This document shows positions 57,990 to 64,000 of a DNA stretch of 64,000 nucleotides, piece after piece. Source of the DNA: Gammaproteobacteria bacterium. Lineage in GTDB: Bacteria; Pseudomonadota; Gammaproteobacteria; Eutrophobiales; Eutrophobiaceae. The stretch lies in assembly GCA_965207165.1 (NCBI GenBank), contig OZ242265.1, positions 1,501,593 to 1,565,592 on the forward strand, read 5' to 3'. The position numbers and the translations under genes were made by a program. The stretch's first letter is position 1. Every line of letters starts with the position of its first letter. Under the pieces are notes generated by a model, which was given only the letters and a program-made list of their open reading frames with translations, was not told the DNA's origin and ran no database searches.

Positions 57990-58982
57990 TTACAGTGACA
58001 GGAGTTGCTTTGCATTTTCATGAGTGACCAGCGCACTTTCACTCGCTGACAGGCCAGCCCGGGACAGGAACCCGGGAAGATCTTTCTGCCCAATCTCGGT
58101 AGGTCCGTCGGTCCCTGCAACAAAACGACCTGCTCCCAGCCGGCGTACCAGGTAACCCAGATAGTCGGAACTGAATGTCACCGTGTCATAGTAAAACCGT
58201 TTGGCATAGTCCAGGGGTCTGATGTCTCCGTTTACTTTCATCACGTCGAACTTGTTCCAGACCATATCGAAACGATCCAGGACCGCGCCGATACCACCGC
58301 CTCCGTGGCTGAAAACAAGCTTCAGGCGCGGAAAGCTCCCTAAAATATCAGTCATGATAAAAGAGCCAATTAACGCTGTTGTCTCATGGGGCACACCCAG
58401 CACCGGTCCCATAAGCGGAGAACCCAGCAGCCTGTCCAGAGATCCCGGTTTGATCCCATGGATAAACAGGACAAGACCAAGATCTTCCGCTGTTTCAAAA
58501 ACGGGATAGAAACGCTCATCGGCCAGTGAGCAACCATTGATATGGCTGCCCAGGTGAACGCCCTTCAGACCGTGCTCGGAATGAAGACGTTCCAGTTGTC
58601 CAACCGCTTGCTGAGGATCCTGCATCGCAATGCAGCCAAGCCCCTGGAAACGGTCCGGCGCCTTTCGCACCATGTTTCCCACGAATTCATTCATAAAGTC
58701 CGTAAGGACTACGGCAGCGTCAGCATCCAGCCAGTAGGAAAGCAACTCAGGCAGGGGCGATAACAACTCCATGTCAATGCCATTATTTCCCATTTGCTCA
58801 ATGCGTGCGTCCACATCCCAGTAAAAACTCTCGAACTTTCGATATTCCTTGCCATTAATAATCATGCTGGACAGGCTTTCATTAACAGGCGCCATCTCAG
58901 GCCAGGCCGGCTCACTCACACCACCGGGCCGGGCAGGATAACTGTCCGGTACAATGTGTGCGTGAAAATCGATGATGGTCAT
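57990..58982 (-). CDS. Amidohydrolase-2-family metal-dependent hydrolase/decarboxylase
   Basis: 330 aa; N-terminal IDFHAHIVP. Confidence 0.7.
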   Translation of the reverse strand: MTIIDFHAHIVPDSYPARPGGVSEPAWPEMAPVNESLSSMIINGKEYRKFESFYWDVDARIEQMGNNGIDMELLSPLPELLSYWLDADAAVVLTDFMNEFVGNMVRKAPDRFQGLGCIAMQDPQQAVGQLERLHSEHGLKGVHLGSHINGCSLADERFYPVFETAEDLGLVLFIHGIKPGSLDRLLGSPLMGPVLGVPHETTALIGSFIMTDILGSFPRLKLVFSHGGGGIGAVLDRFDMVWNKFDVMKVNGDIRPLDYAKRFYYDTVTFSSDYLGYLVRRLGAGRFVAGTDGPTEIGQKDLPGFLSRAGLSASESALVTHENAKQLLSL

Positions 58983-59023
58983 GCCTGGCTTCCCCTGTCC
59001 GATGAATTGACTAAGCCTTTAAT

Positions 59024-59039
59024 ATAGCGCATGCTATAC
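59024..59039. promoter_or_regulatory. Palindrome operator site (tatagcgcatgctata; 14/16)
   Basis: Divergent intergenic region 58983..59080. Confidence 0.5.
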
Positions 59040-59080
59040 AAGTTACGCAAGCCATAAAATCGGAATGTCATTATCCGACA

Positions 59081-60268
59081 ATGAGTAAAGTCTTGAATAA
59101 CGTACGAGTGATAGATATCACCAGGTACGTGGCGGGTCCTATTTGCACAGCCCAGTTGGCTGATCTCGGCGCTGAAGTGATTCACATCGAAAATGTGGGT
59201 GGCAGTGAAGACCGCACCCCATTGCCATTTGATCCGGATTATCCCGCCGGTGTTGGCTTCGTACAGTGTAATCGCAATAAAAAAAGCCTTGGTCTCGATC
59301 TCGCCTGCCAGGAAGGAAGGGATATACTTTACAGGCTTGTGGAGAATGCCGACATCCTGGTGGCAAATATGCCCGGCAAAGCAATGGCCCGTCTGGGAAT
59401 TGACTACGACACAATTCAAGGCATCAAGCCGGATATTATCTTTACCCACGTGACTACCTTCGGTAATGAAGGACCATACGCCGACCGTACGGGATTTGAT
59501 GCCATCGCCCAGGTCATGTCCGGCGCTACCTATCTTTCCGGCTGGCCGGAAGAACCTATGAAGAATGCGGCTGCCTGGGTTGACATGACAACAGGAAACC
59601 ATGCAGTGACGGGCATTCTTGCTGCGCTTCTTCACCGGCAGAAAACAGGAAACGGACAAAAAGTTGAAGTCAATCTGCTGCAATCGGCCATGTCCATCAT
59701 CAATTACTTCCTGATCGAGGAAGAGCTCACCGGTATGGGCCGGACCGGAATAGGAAACCGCGCGCCATCAGGCGCCCCCTGTGACCTGATCAAAACCCGG
59801 GACGGCGCTTTTTATATTGCCATCCTCGGGCAGCCTATGTTCAAACGCTTCAGTAAAATGATCGGTCAACCTGAACTGTCCGAAGAACCCCGGTTCGCCA
59901 CGGATGAACTGCGGGCAGACAATGGTGTTGAACTCAGCGGGCTGGCCGCCGGCTGGGCGGCAGATAAATCGACTGACGAGTGTCTGGACATACTGGCTGA
60001 GTTTCGAATTCCGGCAGGGCCGATGTTGAGTCCGCGCCAGGCCCTGGACGACCCCCATGTTCAATCAGCCGGATTCCTGCACAAGGTAAATGTGCCGGGC
60101 ATTAAAAAACCCGTGCCTTATATCATGCCGCCTTACCGACTCAGCGACGCACCTGCAACCATTGAAAACGGACCGCCGCTTCCGGGCGAGCATACAGACG
60201 AAATACTGGCAGAGCTGGGATACTCGGGCGAAGAAATCGCCGGCTTACGGGACCGGGCTGTCGTTTAG
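59081..60268 (+). CDS. Family III CoA-transferase (CaiB/BaiF), fourth copy
   Basis: 395 aa; VRVIDITRYVAGPICTAQLADLGAEVIHIE. Confidence 0.8.
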   Translation: MSKVLNNVRVIDITRYVAGPICTAQLADLGAEVIHIENVGGSEDRTPLPFDPDYPAGVGFVQCNRNKKSLGLDLACQEGRDILYRLVENADILVANMPGKAMARLGIDYDTIQGIKPDIIFTHVTTFGNEGPYADRTGFDAIAQVMSGATYLSGWPEEPMKNAAAWVDMTTGNHAVTGILAALLHRQKTGNGQKVEVNLLQSAMSIINYFLIEEELTGMGRTGIGNRAPSGAPCDLIKTRDGAFYIAILGQPMFKRFSKMIGQPELSEEPRFATDELRADNGVELSGLAAGWAADKSTDECLDILAEFRIPAGPMLSPRQALDDPHVQSAGFLHKVNVPGIKKPVPYIMPPYRLSDAPATIENGPPLPGEHTDEILAELGYSGEEIAGLRDRAVV

Positions 60269-60340
60269 CGGTAATAATTTTATTAAGTCTCACACAAGGA
60301 AAATCACCAATGAGCTTACAAAATAAGGTGATAATCATAA

Positions 60341-60387
60341 CCTGGAGTAGACCGTCTCCAGGGAAACTCTGAGACTTAATCTCAGAG
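60341..60387. terminator. Two adjacent hairpins (ctggagtagaccgtctccag; tctgagacttaatctcagag) between convergent genes; likely bidirectional terminator
   Basis: Perfect 6-7-bp stems, no strong T-tract. Confidence 0.35.
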
Positions 60388-60392
60388 ATTCC

Positions 60393-60893
60393 CTAGATGA
60401 TAATTGTCATCTGCCCCGCATCGTTGAGGCTGTTAAGGTCCAGGGCAATGCGTTTACTCTTGATCCTGATGTCGGTCCCCTCCCGCACCAGCACATAACG
60501 CATCTCACCCATAAAATTCGTGGTTTTATCGTTGCCGGTGCGGTATACCACGACATTCGCCCGGACCCTGGTTTCATTACCCCGGGTACCGGCAATTCGA
60601 ACATTGGTGTACAGGTGTCGCGTTTTGGAGTGTGGATACTCACAGTGTGCGGCGCGCTTCATCAGGCGAACAGCCCTTGCGTCAATCCGGCTTTTCTTAT
60701 CGGCAAGCACGAACAGCGACCTGGCTGGATCGGCATTAAAAGGATCTTCACAGTCAGTTGATGCGACTTCATAACTGCTGTCATCTGTATATAGCTCTTT
60801 CCACTCCAGCAAACGCCAGTCATCCAGAAGCTCAGCTTCGTAGTAAAGGAAGTCTTCTGCTTCCTGGCGTGTAATCATATGATTCTGCGACAT
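60393..60893 (-). CDS. Ring-hydroxylating dioxygenase beta subunit (second system)
   Basis: 166 aa; paralog of 51360..51899. Confidence 0.75.
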   Translation of the reverse strand: MSQNHMITRQEAEDFLYYEAELLDDWRLLEWKELYTDDSSYEVASTDCEDPFNADPARSLFVLADKKSRIDARAVRLMKRAAHCEYPHSKTRHLYTNVRIAGTRGNETRVRANVVVYRTGNDKTTNFMGEMRYVLVREGTDIRIKSKRIALDLNSLNDAGQMTIII

Positions 60894-60910
60894 AATTTAC
60901 TCCTGATGGC

Positions 60911-62239
60911 TTATATCTGCTGTTCCAGGCTCACAGCGCCGCGCATCAGCATGTCCCATTGTGTCCAGTATCCCTGCATATGGGTCTCGTCGTCCGTCAT
61001 GCCGGATGCAACACGCAGGTCGTCGACACCCTGCATACCCTTGGATAATTCGGTCCACTCTGTCGGGCAGGCAGTTATGGATTTCTGGGCGCTGTTCAAC
61101 ATTGAACCATCGTCCGGGGACCCAAACCCGGAAGGGCCCAGGAAGGACACAAAATTGTCCAGCCGAATTTCCTTCAATTCATCGGATTCTTCCTTTGGCG
61201 CTAGGCACCAGGCATTGACTTTCATGGCTGTAGGCGAAACCGGCTCGATAACCCGTATGGTCAGGGCTAATATGTCGTTGATAACGAGATTGGGAAATAT
61301 CACCGAGTTTTTTTGCATATCGCAAATGTAGTCGGCCCTTTCCTGACCAAGCTGATCGGTCAACCGTTGCCTGTTGGCGCCGATCTCCTTCTTTATGTCC
61401 GGGCCCCATTCCTCGATCCAGTAACCGACGGGACGTCCGGTCGGCACATTAGATGACAACAGGAAATGTCCGTTGCCCATAGCATACGCCCCGCCCTTCT
61501 CCTGGAAGTTGGCCATCTTTGCGAAGACCCCGGATTCCTTGGTGCCGCTGTACTTATCGGCAAGAAACTCAAGATAGGTCTGGTGTACGGGACCAAGGTG
61601 ATAACCGTCCGCGCTGTTTTCTATCAGGAATTTGTAATTTGCATTGATCGAATAGGCGTGCTCACCCGGCAATATGATCATTTCTTCCGCCGACTGGGCA
61701 TTTATCGAGTCCAGCAAGTCTCTGACCTGTTCACCAAGGAAATCGTAGAGCGATATGGCATTGTCGTTAAAGTTTACGAAGTTGAGGCCACCGTATTCCT
61801 CTACTCGCACACGGGGCAGGTCCAGGTGCCCATCTGCGTTGATATCTTCCGGATAGCCTGTCTCGGTATTCATCGATTTCAGCTTTCCTTCCGTATCGTA
61901 TACCCACCCGTGATATCGACAGGAGTGTACCTTACTATTACCTTTTCTATCCCAGCAGACAGCCGCGCCACGATGGGTACAGGTGTTGTAGAAGGCCACC
62001 AGTTCCCCCTTCCGGCTGTGCTGGAATATCAGGTTTCGTCCCATGACCGTGCGGGTCAGGAAATCGCCCTTATTGGGAATTTCGGAGCGGTGCCCCAGAT
62101 ACAACCAGCATTTGTCGAATATCAGCGCCTTCTCCATTTCAAACACTTCCTGGCTGTAATATGCTTCCCTGTTGATACGGAAGGTCCTGCAGTCTTTGTC
62201 AACCTCTATCAGCGATTCTTGAATGGCTTTGGTATTCAC
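60911..62239 (-). CDS. Rieske ring-hydroxylating dioxygenase alpha subunit (second system)
   Basis: 442 aa; CTHRG...CRYHGW. Confidence 0.85.
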   Translation of the reverse strand: MNTKAIQESLIEVDKDCRTFRINREAYYSQEVFEMEKALIFDKCWLYLGHRSEIPNKGDFLTRTVMGRNLIFQHSRKGELVAFYNTCTHRGAAVCWDRKGNSKVHSCRYHGWVYDTEGKLKSMNTETGYPEDINADGHLDLPRVRVEEYGGLNFVNFNDNAISLYDFLGEQVRDLLDSINAQSAEEMIILPGEHAYSINANYKFLIENSADGYHLGPVHQTYLEFLADKYSGTKESGVFAKMANFQEKGGAYAMGNGHFLLSSNVPTGRPVGYWIEEWGPDIKKEIGANRQRLTDQLGQERADYICDMQKNSVIFPNLVINDILALTIRVIEPVSPTAMKVNAWCLAPKEESDELKEIRLDNFVSFLGPSGFGSPDDGSMLNSAQKSITACPTEWTELSKGMQGVDDLRVASGMTDDETHMQGYWTQWDMLMRGAVSLEQQI

Positions 62240-62262
62240 GGTTTGATTACCTTCTTTTCGAT

Positions 62263-63189
62263 TTATTCATCTGGACCGGCTGTGACTATATTTCCCGACT
62301 TTCCAAAAGCTTCATGGGGCCTGGCTCCCCAGAGATCATAATCCTCCGGGGCAGGGGACATATAGCGGGCGCGCCGGTAATTTTGCTCGGGAAACTGTTC
62401 CATACCCTGCGAATATTCCCAGGACATCCCATCAGGATCATGTATATAAGTGTGGACACTACCCGACGTGGGGTGTCGCCCGATACCAAAGCCAACGGTA
62501 ATCCCGCTGTTCTTGGCTCGATTGTAGAATCGACCTATGTCATCGATTGTCTTGACCTTCCAGGCCACATGGTTAAAACCGGGCGGACCGCCGAATGTGG
62601 GCAAGAACGCAAACGTATGGTGGTGCGGTATGGGGTACGCCCGGACCAGCGTGCCGATGTAATCACCCAGGATATCCGATACGACAAACCCCATGTTCTC
62701 CACCGCGAATTCGGTACTGGCCTTCACGTCCGGGACGTTTACAGCCGAATGAAGAAAACCCTCAAACTCGGTACCCCGGATAGGCAATGGTGAGGAAATC
62801 TTCAACATATCGGAATAATATTCGAAGTAAATGCCCGCAGTGGGTTCCCGTACGCGAAAGACCGGATTAAGGCCCAGGCCCAGCACCTGGCTTTCTTCCT
62901 TCGAAAGCCATTTTGGTTTGAGCCCGATACTTTCATAATGACGATAGGCCTTTTGCACATCCTCCTCAGATTCCATTTCCCAGGCATGTCGAACAAAACC
63001 GGGTTGGTCATTCTGGTGCAGCACGACATCGTGGTGTTGTGGCCCGCTGCGAAAAAAACGCTCTCCACCCGGTCCTTCTCCCGCGGGACTTATCCAGAAT
63101 ATATTGGTAAGAAATTCGCTGGTTCGATCCAGGTCCGTGACATTAAGTACCGTATAACCCGGTTTACCGTATCTGAAATCTACCGTCAT
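62263..63189 (-). CDS. Type I extradiol ring-cleavage dioxygenase (VOC superfamily, two-domain)
   Basis: 308 aa; GRHPTSGSVHTYIHDPDGMSWE matches the extradiol dioxygenase signature region. Confidence 0.7.
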   Translation of the reverse strand: MTVDFRYGKPGYTVLNVTDLDRTSEFLTNIFWISPAGEGPGGERFFRSGPQHHDVVLHQNDQPGFVRHAWEMESEEDVQKAYRHYESIGLKPKWLSKEESQVLGLGLNPVFRVREPTAGIYFEYYSDMLKISSPLPIRGTEFEGFLHSAVNVPDVKASTEFAVENMGFVVSDILGDYIGTLVRAYPIPHHHTFAFLPTFGGPPGFNHVAWKVKTIDDIGRFYNRAKNSGITVGFGIGRHPTSGSVHTYIHDPDGMSWEYSQGMEQFPEQNYRRARYMSPAPEDYDLWGARPHEAFGKSGNIVTAGPDE

Positions 63190-63242
63190 GGTTTTGCCCT
63201 CTTAATTGGTTTAAGTCACATTTTGTTCAATAAGGTCTTTCA

Positions 63243-64000
63243 TTACAGCGATTTTGCGATGGATATTTTGCCGATCTCGGTCGTACCGGCGTAAATAGTC
63301 TGCAACCGTGCATTGGTATAGATGCGCGATATGGTGTACTCGTCCATATAACCGGCGCCCCCATGTAACTGCAGGCACTCATTGGCCACTCGCTGTTCCA
63401 TCTCACAGATCCAGGTTTTTGCCATGGTAGCAATGTTTAAATCAAGTTCTGAATTGGCATAACGCACCAGGCAGGCGTCTAAAAAATCGCGGCCGACCGT
63501 AAGATCGGTCTTCATTTCCGCCAGCTTGAACTGAGTATTCTGAAATTCGAAAACCGTTTTACCAAATGCTTTTCGGTTCTTTACAAAATCCAGTGTCAGG
63601 TCGAATGCCAGTTCTGCGGCCGCCAGAGACCTTGCTGCAAGTTGTATACGATCCAGAGCGAATGTAGACAACAGGACTTTGAATGCACCATTTTCCCTGC
63701 CAAGCATGTCATCCGCACTCACGCGCACATCATCGAGGAAAATCTCGCCCACGGGATAGAGGGCGGCCCCCATTAATTTCAACGGCCGGATATCAACGCC
63801 CCTGGTACGTGTATCAACCAGGAAAATACTCATATCATGTGGGCCAGTGGCTGCCTCCGTCTTCACCACCACATAGAGCAAATCAGCAATCGGCGCATTA
63901 CTGATATAAGTTTTATTGCCATTGATCACAAACTCATCGCCGTCTCGTCGCGCTGTGGCAGTAATGCCCGACACGTCGCTACCCGCCCCCGGCTCAGTTA
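63243..64000 (-). CDS. Acyl-CoA dehydrogenase, 3' part (N-terminus lies beyond the window end)
   Basis: ACAD middle/C-terminal domains; ORF open to the window edge. Confidence 0.8.
   Translation of the reverse strand, partial: TEPGAGSDVSGITATARRDGDEFVINGNKTYISNAPIADLLYVVVKTEAATGPHDMSIFLVDTRTRGVDIRPLKLMGAALYPVGEIFLDDVRVSADDMLGRENGAFKVLLSTFALDRIQLAARSLAAAELAFDLTLDFVKNRKAFGKTVFEFQNTQFKLAEMKTDLTVGRDFLDACLVRYANSELDLNIATMAKTWICEMEQRVANECLQLHGGAGYMDEYTISRIYTNARLQTIYAGTTEIGKISIAKSL

Noticed and set aside
1-64000. Searched for CRISPR arrays, rRNA/tRNA genes and integrase/transposase genes
   Set aside because: No regularly spaced short direct repeats, no rRNA/tRNA-like segments and no recombinase-like ORFs were found. 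Mobility is inferred only from repeats and compositional breaks.

Overview
This window is chromosomal DNA from a Gram-negative bacterium; TonB-dependent receptors are present and the catabolic gene content resembles marine gammaproteobacteria. It has two parts. The first ~6.6 kb is an accessory/defence mosaic. It starts with the 3' part of an FAD-monooxygenase::cytochrome-b5 fusion gene, followed by two tandem vapBC (AbrB-type antitoxin/PIN toxin) modules. Then comes a 3.9-kb island bracketed by ~120-bp imperfect direct repeats. The island holds an AT-rich AbiEi/AbiEii type IV toxin-antitoxin pair whose toxin gene is truncated exactly where a GC-rich, convergently oriented AbiEii/AbiEi pair sits. 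Within the island is a 269-bp GC-rich element with perfect 35-bp terminal inverted repeats and nested internal inverted repeats. The remaining ~57 kb is a dense catabolic super-cluster for hydrophobic, probably cyclic or methyl-branched, substrates. It encodes a TetR-MMPL/RND-LolA-like-outer-membrane-barrel transport operon and two intact TonB-dependent receptors plus one receptor remnant. It also encodes three cytochrome P450s, two Rieske ring-hydroxylating dioxygenase alpha/beta pairs, a Rieske ferredoxin, a GR-type ferredoxin reductase and an extradiol dioxygenase. Further genes are a 1167-aa indolepyruvate-ferredoxin-oxidoreductase-family enzyme, four family-III CoA-transferases (one alpha-methylacyl-CoA-racemase-like), at least three acyl-CoA dehydrogenases, two enoyl-CoA hydratases, several SDRs, two APH-like kinases, an aldehyde dehydrogenase, a Zn alcohol dehydrogenase, a luciferase-like monooxygenase, an amidohydrolase and a GST. 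The strongest non-genic signal is a perfect 16-bp palindrome, TATAGCATATGCTATA, that recurs (3 perfect copies, at least 5 near-perfect) only in intergenic promoter regions of these catabolic operons. This implies an undescribed regulon operator. An ~82-bp promoter module is duplicated upstream of two paralogous ACAD-P450 modules. Other features are a low-GC 2.7-kb cassette (TonB-receptor remnant + ADH + P450) flanked by 22-bp direct repeats, and an SDR pseudogene. No rRNA, tRNA or CRISPR was seen.
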